Positions 41,196 through 55,341 of a stretch of DNA of 64,000 nucleotides are shown here, one piece after another (positions within the stretch are counted from its first letter, which is position 1; each line of letters opens with the position of its first letter). The stretch comes from Chrysomallon squamiferum (lineage: Eukaryota > Animalia > Mollusca), in assembly GCA_012295275.1 (NCBI GenBank), contig CM022670.1:40858001-40922000 (forward strand), written 5' to 3'. The notes beneath the pieces were generated by a model. The model saw only the letters and a list, made by a program, of their open reading frames with translations. It was not told where the DNA came from and made no database searches. A program made the translations under genes and the position numbers.

Positions 41196-42377
41196 GTATG
41201 TGGAATTAAAGTAATGTAGTTTCAGCGACGGTGTTGTTTCCTTTACGTTTTATTCTTAAAATTCTGCTCGTTGTAGAAACATTAATTTAAAAAATAATCT
41301 CTATTTTTTATTTTTTATTTGACTGTCCTTGTCCTTTCTCCGCTGAATTATTTTTATACGGAAACACACCCCCATTCTTGCTCTCAAATTTAAATCCGTT
41401 TTACTTATTTGCTTATAATTTTTTTTTTTTTGAGAATCAGTTAAGTAAAACCTAATTCGTTGTAGCTGTTTGGCTGTGTCGCTGTCACATGCTGTTTATT
41501 GTTGCATCTTTTAACGGTCAGTGGTGAAATAGTTTGTCTGTGTGTGGAGACTGGCCGCTAAACGTCTGCTCTTTAAGAAGGTTTACAAATCCCACGTGCC
41601 CTGCTCCTGTTTTACAGGCATCGTGTAAACAATATGCTGAAAGTCACGAAGGGTACCTCCACTCGGTAAATCATTATTCATGAATATTCATGAATACCTC
41701 ATCGTTTGAAGAAAATACATTCTGACGTATTTTCAAAAACTAAGAAACGAAAAAAAAGATCAAAAATAAAATAAGATAATAAATAAAAGAAAAAAGAAAG
41801 AAAGCAGACAAGAAGAAAGAAAAAACAACAACAACAACAAAACTTGTCCTTGACAATTACAAAATATAATTTTATTTCTCTTTTACATTTGTTATTTGCC
41901 TGTCAAAACGGAGGAATTTCCCTGTGGACGAAGACAAATCGGGTTGTGAATACATGAATCTGTAAATCTGTGTATCGTGTTTCACTAATCTGTAAATGCG
42001 AGATAGGCCGTTTTATCCCAACTGGACCTGGAAGACCTGCAGCCCAGAGGCTCGGTTACTGGGGGAGCGGGAGGGTGGGGAGGGTGGGGGAGGTAGCACA
42101 AAACGGCCAGGAACAAAAATGAATGTGTTGTTAATAAAATTAATGTAGTAAGCCCTTTTTTTTTTTTTTTTTTTTTATCTGTTCATGATTTCGTACAAGC
42201 AAAAATCACGTGTTCACGCATTGAATTGAGCGTTTAGCTCACGATTCCTTCTACGGTTAAAGAAAACTGATTTTGGTTCTGTATTTGACTGTGTACCTCT
42301 CGCAAATAACCTATACAAGAGATGTCAGAAAGATCGAATAAGCCCCGGGCCAGAAAATCTGAACCTGCTCACGAATG

Positions 42378-43762
42378 AGACTATCCTATTATTGTAATGT
42401 ATTAGTGTGAGTATCGTGTTACTGTAATGTATTAGTATGAGTATCGTGTTACTGTAATGTATTAGTGTGAGTATCGTGTTACTGTAATGTATTAGTGTGA
42501 GTATCGTGTTACTGTAATGTATTAGTGTGAGTATCCTGTTATTGTAATGTATTAGTGTGAGTATTGTGTTACTGTAATGTATTAGTGTGAGTATCGTGTT
42601 ACTGTAATGTATTAGTATGAGTATCGTGTTACTGTAATGTATTAGTGTGAGTATCGTGTTACTGTAATGTATTAGTATGAGTATCGTGTTACTGTAATGT
42701 ATTAGTGTGAGTATCGTATTACTGTAATGTATTAGTGTGCGTATCGTGTTACTGTAATGTATTAGTGTGAATATCGTGTTACTGTAATGTATTAGTGTGA
42801 ATATCGTGTTACTGTAATGTATTAGTGTGAGTATCGTGTTATTGTAATGTATTAGTATGAGTATCGTGTTACTGTAATGTATTAGTGTGAGTATCGTGTT
42901 ACTATGATGTATTAGTATGAGTATCGTGTTACTGTAATGTATTAGTGTGAGTATCGTGTTACTGTAATGTATTAGTGTGCGTATCGTGTTACTGTAATGT
43001 ATTAGTGTGAGTATTGTGTTACTGTAATGTATTAATGTGCGTATCGTGTTACTGTAACGTATTAGTGTGAGTATGGTGTTACTGTAATGTATTAGTGTGC
43101 GTATCGTGTTACTGTAACGTATTAGTGTGCGTATCGTGTTACTGTAATGTATTAGTGTGAGTATGGTGTTACTGTAATGTATTAGTGTGCGTATAGTGTT
43201 ACTGTAACGTATTAGTGTGCGTATCGTGTTACTGTAACGTATTAGTGTGAGTATGGTGTTACTGTAATGTATTAGTGTGCGTATAGTGTTACTGTAACGT
43301 ATTAGTGTGCGTATCGTGTTACTGTAACATATTAGTGTGAGTATGGTGTTACTGTAACGTATTAGTGTGCGTATCGTGTTACTGTAACGTATTAGTGTGC
43401 GTATCGTGTTACTGTAACGTATTAGTGTGAGTATCGTGTTACTGTAACGTATTAGTGTGAGTATGGTGTTACTGTAACGTATTAGTGTGCGTATCGTGTT
43501 ACTGTAACGTATTAGTGTGCGTATCGTGTTACTGTAACGTATTAGTGTGCGTATCGTGTTACTGTAACGTATTAGTGTGAGTATCGTGTTACTGTAACGT
43601 ATTAGTGTGAGTATCGTGTTACTGTAACGTATTAGTGTGAGTATCGTGTTACTGTAACGTATTAGTGTGACTGTTCTGTTACAGTAACGTATTAGTGTGA
43701 GTATCATGTTACTGTAATGTATTAGTGTGAGCATCCTGTTATTGTAATGTATTAGTGTGAGT
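42378..43762. repeat. 30-bp minisatellite, about 46 copies (GTATCGTGTTACTGTAAYGTATTAGTGTGM)
   Basis: Exact 30-bp periodicity, visible as aligned columns across the 60-nt lines. Confidence 0.97.
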
Positions 43763-44411
43763 AACGTGCTTTGACCTCTATCGCTAAACAAACACTTACT
43801 TACGTTCATTGATTTAGTAAATGAAATAAAACGACAGAAATTAACAGCTGTGATATTGTACAGTTCTCTCTTCATTTCTCTTTTGGGTCGGCTTGTGTTA
43901 AATGAAGGTTTAAGTACGGTTGTACTGACACATCAGACTGGGTTATCACGGTCTTAAAATGATAGATTGACAGAACAAAAATAATGGAACAGAACGAACG
44001 GTTTGCATAGCTTAATTCTCTTTATGATAGGAATTTGGAGTAAAACATGTAATCCTACGTATAACGAGGAGATTTTAGAGAAGAAACCTGTTATTATTGG
44101 CTAAAGGGTTTCACTCTTCTCTGTTATCTAAAAGTATATTTTAATTCCTCTTTCCCACAGAGAGTAGAAAACATGATATTCGAATTGTGTTAAAATTGTA
44201 CGTACGTTTCTGGAACGACATATTTTCCTGTCAGCGTGTCACGCAGTATTGATCGTGTCTTGTTTTCTACCCACTGGAAATGTTCGCCTGAAACTTTTGT
44301 AAGAGATTAACTTGTAAAAATTACTGTTAAATCCTGTTTTAATACTCAGAAACAGCCAATCCTCAATTGCGGGGGCGCGTATGGACGATGTTTACGTCAG
44401 CTAATGCACTG

Positions 44412-44446
<35 letters not shown>

Positions 44447-44559
44447 AGAACAACAACAATAATAACAATAGCAACAACAACAATAACAATAACAGTAGCA
44501 GCGACAACAAAGACACCATTTTAAATTTTATTTTTGTTCTTCTTGTTCTGTTGTTGTTG

Positions 44560-44624
<65 letters not shown>

Positions 44625-44800
44625 AAGACTGTAAATTAGTATAATTAAACCAATTTAATTGTTGTTATAGTAACACGATACCTTTAATTATGTAATAAAT
44701 AATTTCTATCTCTTTTTTTGTCCGTCCCTTTGTCTGTCTGTCTGTCTCTCTGTAACTCTCTCTCTCTCGCTCTTTCTCTGTCTCTCTATATCTCTTGCTG

Positions 44801-44882
<82 letters not shown>

Positions 44883-45447
44883 CCTCCCTCCCTCTCTCTC
44901 TCTCTCTCTCTCTGATTCACAATAATGTATGTGTCTAATTGCTCATGAGAAACGGCGCACGTTAAACGAGGAAAAATCGATGTCGAGGTTGGATGACAGT
45001 TTCAGTCAGAGATGCGGGCCACGCGCGAATCTACACTTCTCCACGAAACGACGCATTCCGCCAACTGTCGCGTGCCGATTCCCGCCTCAAATAAGGGCTA
45101 CTCATGGATCCAAACTTCTGTGGGAAATAACTCTTTTTTTTCGACCGCATTCATCCAAATTTCGCGTGCTGAGACCAGCCTAAAGTGAGGATTCTAGTGG
45201 AATACTGTTTTTCTTTTGTTTACAATTTTTATATTTATTATTATATTTATTTATTTATTTTTATTTTGTTTTCTTTGTAATTAATTCATCCAGATGTTCG
45301 ACAAAAATCTCACAGTCGACTTTTCAGTTCTGGAAATGATTGGAGAAGCAAATTACTAAAATAATTTTTATTTATTTATTTATTTATTTATATTTCTTGT
45401 TTTCAAAAAAAAAAAAAAAAAAAAAGAAGACATTTTTAATAGTGAAA

Positions 45448-45771
45448 ATGATAAACTTTACTTCAAATCTTTCGGAGGAAGGTAACGGGACTTGGGAAAT
45501 ATTTCATATTCCCAATCCAAACATCTATCTGTGGCTCTTTGTGATTCTCTCGGCCGGGGTGTTCGCTCTCGGGCTGTCTGGAAATGTTCTCGTCTGGTTC
45601 GCTGTGTGGAGAAACCCGAGGATGCGATCCGCCACGAATTTGTTCTTGGTGAACTTGGCCCTGGCGGACTTTTTAGTGATCCTTGTGTGTCTTCCTCCAA
45701 CGGTCCTCAATGACGTTACAGGTCAGTGGCTGCTAGGGCAGGAGATGTGCAAAGCCATTCAGTATCTCCAG
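45448..45771 (+). CDS. Allatotropin/orexin receptor-like class A GPCR, first coding exon (N-terminus, TM1-TM3); remaining exons not found in the window
   Basis: GLSGNVLV...RNPRMRSATNLFLVNLALADFLVILVCLPPTVLNDVT..W.LG..MCK..QYLQ matches orexin/allatotropin receptor TM1-TM3; N-glycosylation sequons NFT, NLS, NGT; phase-0 donor CAG|GTATTG. Confidence 0.85.
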
Positions 45772-46171
45772 GTATTGTTATTATTATTTTTGAATTCTAG
45801 ATTTTAGTCGAATTTCTGAAATGGGATTTTTCAGTCGAGAAATCCTTATTTAAACTACGTCAAGATATTCATGAAGTTATGACGTTTTATGTACATGTCT
45901 CTTTTATATATATTTTATTCGTTATTCAGTGTTTTATTCAACTATTCTGTCTTTAACTCTCTCTCTCTCTCTCTCTCTCTCTTTTTCTCTGTTTTTGTCT
46001 TTCATCGTTTGTCTCTGTTTCTCGTTTTGTCTCTCATACATACCTTTACGCAAAGACATCTACGTCATACACAAACATTTTCACTTTGTCTCTTGCGACC
46101 TTTGTTTACGATTCAGTCTATTGTCATCTTTCTTTCTTTCTCTGACTGCCTTTCTTTCAGCTCTCTCTCTC

Positions 46172-46267
<96 letters not shown>

Positions 46268-46606
46268 TCTTTCTATTAATAATGGAATACTGCTTTTATT
46301 GCTAATCCATTGCGATCTCTCACTTTCGTAGTTTTACTTAATTCATTTCATGTTCTTTCTGATGATATCATTAATGTATCCACGTAAATTATGCGATATT
46401 TTGTGTGTGACAACAAACAAAGTTTTTTTTGTTTCTTTTCTTCATCTTTAACACAAATAACAAAATAACTGTTATTTCACGTTCTGGATAACAGTTTCAC
46501 GTTATCAGTAAAAGTTACTCATACTTTCATTTTTCTTTTCTTTTCTTTCTTTTTTTCTTCTTCTTATTATTATTTTGTTGATTGTTGTTTTTGTTTTTTT
46601 ACATAA

Positions 46607-46640
<34 letters not shown>

Positions 46641-47112
46641 CTCTTTTCTTCCTGAATTTTCTTTTTGTTTTCATCTATGATTAATTAGGATCATAGTGCA
46701 GCATCTGTAACAATTAAAAATTATACATATTTAGCATATAAATAGCTAGATAGGGTGGAGCAAACAATTCTTTATCTACTTTCACCGGTTCCCAGCCAGA
46801 CTACAAAATATCCCAAACATTTCAGAAACACGATACATATGAAATGAAAAACGAAAAAAAATTGGTCTTAATAATCATATGGGATACCCATAAACGTGGG
46901 GAAAAAAGCCACATTTACAACTTAAAAAAGAAAAAAGAAAAGAATACGAAAAAGAAAATCTCTATCTGCTTTTATTTGAATCACTGAAGGAAGATTAATT
47001 TGTTAAACTGTCTTTTCTTTGCTAATTCAGAGTGAGAATCACAAAGTTCGACATTTTAAACATTACAGAAACACGTACATACACACATACACACAAACAC
47101 ACACACACACGA

Positions 47113-48090
47113 CAGTTGATTCGATAGACATTTTAACATTATAAGTACGTAAATCAATACGATAGACATTTTCAACATTATAAGTACGTAAATTAATACG
47201 ATAGACATTTTAACATTATAAATACGTAAATCAATACGATAGACATTTTCAACATTATAAGTACGTAAATTAATACGATAGACATTTTAACATTATAAAT
47301 ACGTAAATCAATACGATAGACATTTTCAACATTATAAGTACGTAAATTAATACGATAGACATTTTAACATTATAAATACGTAAATCAATACGATAGACAT
47401 TTTCAACATTATAAGTACGTAAACTAATACGATAGACATTTTCAACATTATAAATACGTAAATCAATACGATAGACATTTTCAACATTATAAGTACGTAA
47501 ACTAATACGATAGACATTTTCAACATTATAAATACGTAAATCAATACGATAGACATTTTCAACATTATAAGTACGTAAACTAATACGATAGACATTTTCA
47601 ACATTATAAATACGTAAATCAATACGATAGACATTTTCAACATTATAAGTACGTAAACTAATACGATAGACATTTTCAGCATTATAAATACGTAAATTAA
47701 TACGATAGACAGTTTCGACATTATAAGCACGTAAATTAATACGATATACAGTTTCAACAGTATAAGCACGTAAATTAATACGATATACAATTTCAACAGT
47801 ATAAGCACGTAAATTAATATGATAGACATTTTGAACAAAATATATACGTAAATTGTACTGATCGAAATTTTCAGTATTATACGTATGTCAGTTAATACGA
47901 TAGACTTTTTCAACTATGTAAGTACGTAAATTAATACGATATGCATTTTCAACATTATAACTACGTATTTTAATATGACAAACATTTTCAATATGATATA
48001 TATTAGTTCATACGATAGATATTTTCAACATTATATTTACATATACACTTTCAACATTATAACCGCGATAGACACTTTCAACATTATAAA
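47113..48090. repeat. 38-39-bp minisatellite with alternating variants (77-78-bp dimer), decaying toward the 3' end
   Basis: AATACGATAGACATTTTCAACATTATAAGTACGTAAACT alternates with ...ATAAATACGTAAATC. Confidence 0.95.
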
Positions 48091-48777
48091 CGCGTAAATT
48101 TCAGACAGAAAATTTCACTATTTTTACATGCACAGCAGTTTAATATTAACGCTCGTTATGTCATTAAGTTCTGTGCAATGTGTGTACCATAGATTAACAC
48201 AAAGGCCAACAAAACTTCATTAAAAATTCAAATACTAGTAAGTAACTTAATATGTACAAGTAATTTTTCCAAATAATTACAGTCAGTGTGAGAAAATATA
48301 GAACTAAATCTATCATGTCTCGCTGTTGCCTTCAGGGATGATACGACATAAATTAGGGTTAATTAAAATGAATCTCACATTTAAAAACGAAATGCAAAAA
48401 TAGCTGCTGCTTAGAAAAGTAAGAAATATCCTTAAAAAAATTTAATTAGAATGTCATTTAAAAGCATTATTAAAAATATTAATCCCTGAAAGTTGAGAAG
48501 ATAGTGTGTTTGTAGCATTTATGAAAGTGAATGTGAGATTGTCTTTATTGATTTAATGCAAAGCTGTTCCCAAAATGACCGTTAAAGTTCTCAAGAGGAC
48601 AATAACTGTCTATGTAAAGAAAATATTGTTAAAAAATAATAATAATAAATAAAGTGTTAGAAATAAAGTAATCTCTTTTTAGAAAAGAAAAAAAATCGAA
48701 GTTTATCTGTGTTTAATTGTGCGTGGATGTATGACGTCAGTGGAGGGGTACATTTTTATGTCGAACGTGCCCCACCC

Positions 48778-48868
<91 letters not shown>

Positions 48869-50691
48869 TATTTGGGTGGGAGAAAAGGATATAATAATTT
48901 ATATGATTAGTATAAATTAACACTTAATGAATAACGACAAAGTACTTGTATTAATTAATGAATCTTGTTTTGTATTTTCTGATAAACAAGAGAAATAATC
49001 TGCTGCGCGTTAGTTAGCAACAAGTTGTTTTTTCAGATCTCCTTCCCACGGAGGGTAAAACATATCCCTCAAGCTCAGATAAATCTGTTATGCTACAGTG
49101 GTTTGATTGGGAACCAATCTAAATGGAGCTCTAAACTTTACTCTTTAATCTTTGCTGGGTACTTTTTTTTTTTTTTTTTTTTTAAAGTAAGGATATTTAC
49201 AAAAAAAGTTAGTTCGTGCAGTTTGCTATTTTGGGTTGATTTTTTTTTTTTTTTTCATCAAAATTAAAATTGTCTACTTCATTTTATGCTGACTGCTAAA
49301 AGACGAATCTTTTTTTCACTGAGGAAATTTCTACAACAAACAAACATGTGTGATCCTACTTGAAAGAGCGAATATTCCTTTCATTATTTTTAAAAGAGAT
49401 TTTCAAAGAGGTGGGTGTTAACACGAAACACGTTTGTAATGAAGACGAGAAATCCGCTCTCGCCACCTCAAGTCAGACTCATCGAACTGAAATCCTTTTT
49501 ACGCATCCAGGAATAGCCAGGAATCCCCACGTGTTTGTGCACTAATTGTGTAACAGTATCTGGAACCGTAAAAACAGTGCAAATCACTCACCGAAAAGAG
49601 CTGATCCTGCAGACTGTCGAATGTGAGATATAAACTTCAATAAACTTCAGTAAACTTCATTAAACTTCAATAAACACGGGTCATTGCCTCCTGCTACGAA
49701 AATCCGACGATTTGTAAAATCTCTGTAAAATGATTAAATGACGTCATCCTGCAGAATGCCATCACTGAACTTTATACAAAAACAGCTGTTCTGATTCAGC
49801 GTTTATATCTTACAAATAGTTTTATTTATTTATATTTAAAAGATATTCTGTTACTTCTTTTTAAGAAAACGAAAAACAAACAAACGAACAAATAAAAAAT
49901 AAATCTGATCTTAAATTGACCTTTTATTTTAATTTTCTTTTTAATGTATCGTGTCATGGACGTGTATATTTCTAATTTTGTTCTTATTTCGGTTTTTAGT
50001 GATGAAATTTTAGAAAAACTCGTCTTCAAAAATCTGACAGTTATTTATTTGTTTGTTTGTTTGTTGTGGTTCACTGGTTAGACCATTCACTCTATGGATC
50101 AAAATATAAAATTTTCTGTAAGCCTAATTTAACAATTACTGATTTATCAAAAACTGAAGACTCATATAAACTATTTTATCCTAACCTACAACAACACAAC
50201 AAACACGACTGGATCGCATTATCAACAAGTCATCTAAACAGAAACGTTATCACACTACAACGACAACGATCACCACAGCAAAAATATTTAAAACGTTACG
50301 ACGATGATGACGGTAATGATGCGAGTGCTACTGGTGAAAATAATAAAGATAATCGTTTATTTTTAAGTGAAGGATTTTTTCCTTTCTTTCTTTCCTTTCT
50401 TCTCAAGTAATTATCTTCTGCACAATGATCTTTTATAGGATTTCAGAGATTTCTAAAACTTTTAACATTTTCTGCAGAAAACTAATTATCAGCGATTGTG
50501 TGCAGCGTCTGGAGTAAATGCACACTGCATCGATGATGTCTTTCACCCTGAGAACGTCTGCGACGATTCTGTGCGTTTAAAGATTAGCAACCTCCAATTT
50601 CAGTCTAAAGGTTGCAATCAGTGAAGTATTCTGAACATCGCTGTGTCTTGGGGGGGAGAGAGAGTGACAGAGAGGGGGGAGGGAGGGGAGG

Positions 50692-50785
<94 letters not shown>

Positions 50786-51310
50786 TACAGTCAAAGTGAA
50801 AGACAGATTAAGAGAAGTGTTAAAATTAATTAAACGAAATTTAAAAAAACTGATAGACGGACGACATAAAACCCTGAATAACAAATCAGATACGTGTAAA
50901 AGAGACATGTAGATCACACGACGTAATTTCATGAATATCTCGACGTGATTTAAATAAGGATTTCTCTGCCGAAAAATCCCATTTCAGAGGTTCGTGCAGC
51001 TGAACGTGTTTAACATGCTTCAGCTGAGAAACAGTTTTGACGATAAGAAGACGGACAGACAGCTGACCCTTGTTTGCTGCCGTCGTTTCCCTCGAGTGTC
51101 TGTTTGCTGAAGTGAACGGTGTTGTATTCGTAGAAACTTAGGGCTGTTACAGGCTATTACCGCTGATCGTAGCGCGAGTGAGATTGCTGGAAACAAGAGG
51201 CCACTGCTCGCTGTTAAAGCTAATTACTCAACGTGACAGGAATGTGTTAAGAATTAGGTAAGAAACGCGAAAGTAGATTGCTGTAAGAAGTGGACAAGTT
51301 CGTCTCACAC

Positions 51311-51790
51311 CACGTAAATTGTGTGTAAATATCTCACGTAAACACGTCACGTAAATTGTGTATTAGTAAACATATCACGTAAATATCTCATGTAAACACA
51401 TCACGTAAATTGTGTATTAGTAAACATATCACGTAAACACATCACGTAAATTGTGTATTAGTAAACATATCACGTAAATTGTGTATTAGTAAACGTATCA
51501 CGTAAACTGTGTATTAGTAAACGTATCACGTAAATTGTGTATAACATCTCACGTAAACATATCACGTAAATTGTTTATTAGTAAACATATCACGTAAATT
51601 GTATGTAAATATTTCAAGTAATTTCTCACAAAAATGCTATTTAAACATCTGAGATAAATATACTAAACATATAATATACAATTATTAAGTAAAGTGTTTC
51701 TATTGTATACAGTTTGTAAACTGAGTCTGTAAATAAACAAACACGTCACGTAAACTGAATAAATAAACAAACACGTCACGTAAACTGAGT
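51311..51790. repeat. 28/13-bp composite minisatellite (CACGTAAATTGTGTATTAGTAAACATAT)
   Basis: 13 CACGTAAA copies in 51311-51598, plus a 30-bp tandem duplication at ~51730-51790. Confidence 0.9.
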
Positions 51791-52292
51791 GTTTAACCAA
51801 GACCATGTCATGAAACGTTAAACTTTCACGTGGACTCTAATCACTTCTTGCTTAAAACAGATTTACAGATGCGTGCTTACAATGACTGGTTTGATTGATT
51901 AATACGTCTGTTGTATTGCTAGAAATATTTACTTAGTTATATTCTTGAGATTCTGACCTCGCTCTAGAGTTTGAAATGTTCTGACTTCAATGAAATATTT
52001 AATAATAAAAATGTTTTATTTCTATTAATTTCATTTCTGTATGATTGTCTGTTTATGTATGTGTGTGTATACGTGTCTCTGAGTGTGTTTATTCAGAATG
52101 GTACAGTAAAAGTCACGTCACTGGAATCTGTTAGTTCTGATCCCGTCACTTCAGGTTCATTTAAAACGTGCTTGTATCTGATGAAGATTAAAACTGTCTT
52201 TACTGACTACAAGACAGATCTTTTGCCCAATTAGATTTTAGGGACGATAAAATGTTTTAATTTAATACTTCACAAGAATGGACTATGCAGTC

Positions 52293-52404
<112 letters not shown>

Positions 52405-53302
52405 GATAACGTGACATGACAGATCGTTTCTCTTGTATACGATTAATTACAAAAAATGATCTCCCAACTATCAGTCTTAAGAGATGTATCACCTAGCTAT
52501 TGAATTTTTTTGTTAGAATTGCTTTAACCTTCGTCCACACCGTTCAAGATTCTCATCATCGTCATCCAGTCTAATTCGATAGCCTAACAGAAGTTATTTC
52601 AGAACTCGCTCTTGCTGAAAGAAACCAACTTAACACAATGACAAATAATTACCTACATCTTACAATCCACAATGACTGCAGACGTCAAGATTTCGCCGTG
52701 TTTTTGTTTAATGTTAATTTATTTTCCTTAATACGTCAACGCTTTAATCTGTCTGGGTGCTGAAGGTGAATGTGGTGATGGGAAGATCTCCAAACAGTTT
52801 GCTGCTTCTGTGACCTTAGTTAGGTGACTTAGTCAGGTGATTAATCAGTACGTTGTTGTTGGGTTTTTTGTCGTTTTTGTGTTGTTGTTTTTTTCCGAAC
52901 TGTGAGCCGATCACGCAGACGATAAGTACAGAATGGCGGGAAAGTACATGACGTTGATGTGTGTGTGGAGCGAAACAAATCTGTTATAATTACCACTTAT
53001 TACTTTTATCTTAATTAATTTTCAAATTACCCCTTTTGATGTTAATTACAGTGGTGAAATGTAATACTGGAAACTCACGTCAACGCACACGCACAGGCAC
53101 ATACGTGCTCACAACATTCTCAGATACTTTTGTGTCTCTCCTCGTTCGTCATTTCTGAAGAACTGTTCCCGCGAGAAAAACAAACAGGCCACTTAACTGA
53201 AGCGAAAAAAACAATAAAACATCAGCCCTGTCACGTCTTCTAATTAGTGTTAAGTTGCATTCACTCAGTGCTGAATCATTTTAGTTTGTTTTTGTTCTTA
53301 AT

Positions 53303-53334
<32 letters not shown>

Positions 53335-53480
53335 GCAGCATTATCGTCATTATTAATTTTTCTTGCTACATAGATACTTTATCACAAACAAATATACAAA
53401 CACAAATACACAAACACACATACATACATACATACATACATACATAGATACATAGATACTTACACATACACTGATACACT

Positions 53481-53519
<39 letters not shown>

Positions 53520-54115
53520 ACAACATACTGAGACGTGTATTTTAGTTTGTAAACATTAAGACGTTATGCACGTGACCTCCCATTTCAGATTTGAAATCCT
53601 TACAAAAAAAATTTCGTCTCTTTCTTCTTCATGCACAGATTTTCTGATTCAGCTTCGCCAAATTTTTTCAAAAATAGTCACTATAACAAATAATCAGATA
53701 TTCCGTTTTATAAAGCATTAAATGATAAAAAAAAGAAAGAAGAATTTATCAATAGTGTCTTCAGTGTCTCTGTGTATTGAGCTGTCGGACTTTGCGTCCA
53801 TTTTGACGCGATTTTCCTGAAGGATTTTCCAAGGTCGACCCTCGTCTATGAAGATGCATTTCGTTGTTTGAGGACAGAAAAATATTGACTGTATGCTTAG
53901 AAAAAAAAGGAGACGATGGTCTGTCTTCGTTTTTAAACTGCTGAAATCCGAGCCTGGCTGTTTAAAGAGAACAAATTTAACTCATATTTTAAACGCCATC
54001 TTTTCTTGGCTCTTTTTATAAGAATTTAGAAAAAAGTTTCGTTGGTGTTGTTTTTACTGAAATGAAACTGGACCATGCGAACAACTAATCATTTAGAAAA
54101 AAAAAAAAAATATAT

Positions 54116-54170
<55 letters not shown>

Positions 54171-54987
54171 TTATTGCTGTTGTTGTTATTTTTATTATTA
54201 TTATTCATCAGAAGCCGCAAAAATTATCCTTCATAAAACAAACAAACAAATCACTCGCCCGAAATAACAAATAAAACGTTCTTCACTTATTTAGTACATT
54301 AAAAAACTGATCTTGATTTAACATAAGAAAATTACAGTAGAAAATGATCGCGCCGACTGAAATACGAAATATTCAGCGTTTTTAATCTGGATTTTGTTAC
54401 GATCTGGTATAACGTACCAATCACATATGTATAGTAATGCGATATTTTTTCATACGATGTTGTCAATTCTAAATATTGTATTAGAACTCTGTAGTGTTGT
54501 ATGCATACACACACCCATGATAATACTGGTGTTCTGTGCAACATGAAAAATAAATGCTATGGGGACTTCTCTTGGCTACCATAGAAATAAAAAGAAAACC
54601 ACACACAAAACGCTTTGTTATATCAAAATTAAATTTTAATGCATCGGTTTATGCTCAGAAACACATTATTATCACTGTTATGTTTTCTTCTTTAATAAAA
54701 CAGTTATCAATAAAGTATTGACAAAGTCTATTTTTGGTATATGTGAGAGATTTTATAATCTTCTAAAATCATAATCATCGTTACTGTTGCTGTTATTATA
54801 CTTATTATTATCCTTTGATCATCGTCATCATTATCATTATCTTCAGGCGTCATGATTAATGTAAGATAGCGTAATATTTTACAATCATATTCTATTATAA
54901 TATAAGACAATATCGAATGGACCATAATAAACATTTTCAGACAAACAGACGAACAAGTAGACAAACAGACTAAGAGCAAAATAGACT

Positions 54988-55022
<35 letters not shown>

Positions 55023-55229
55023 CACACACAGACTCACGATCGAGGCTTTTCTATAAATAGAAAAAACTCTTAATAATTCTTTCTTTCGAGATTTTCTTTC
55101 TATTTTCTTTCTTTTACCTTTTCTTTTAATACAAAAAATTCAAGATCGGTTACTATACATTCAGCAGCAACCATAACAGGAACAATAAGGATGACATCAA
55201 CAGCAACAGCAACAACAACAACACCAATA

Positions 55230-55261
<32 letters not shown>

Positions 55262-55266
55262 TCCAC

Positions 55267-55341
<75 letters not shown>

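Noticed and set aside
42378-43762. 30-bp, 39-bp and 28-bp arrays as CRISPR arrays
   Set aside because: Units are head-to-tail with no unique spacers, there are no cas genes, and the context is eukaryotic and intronic.
45340-45447. N-terminal extension of the GPCR ORF from the TTG start
   Set aside because: Runs through (ATTT)n and poly-A; ATG 45448 followed by glycosylation sequons is the plausible start.
47347-47913. 188-aa hydrophobic minus-strand ORF
   Set aside because: Translation of the 39-bp minisatellite.
52097-52234. TTCAG-preceded frame (NGTVKVTSLESVSS...) as GPCR exon 2
   Set aside because: Lacks TM3 hydrophobicity and the D/ERW/Y motif; ends in a stop.
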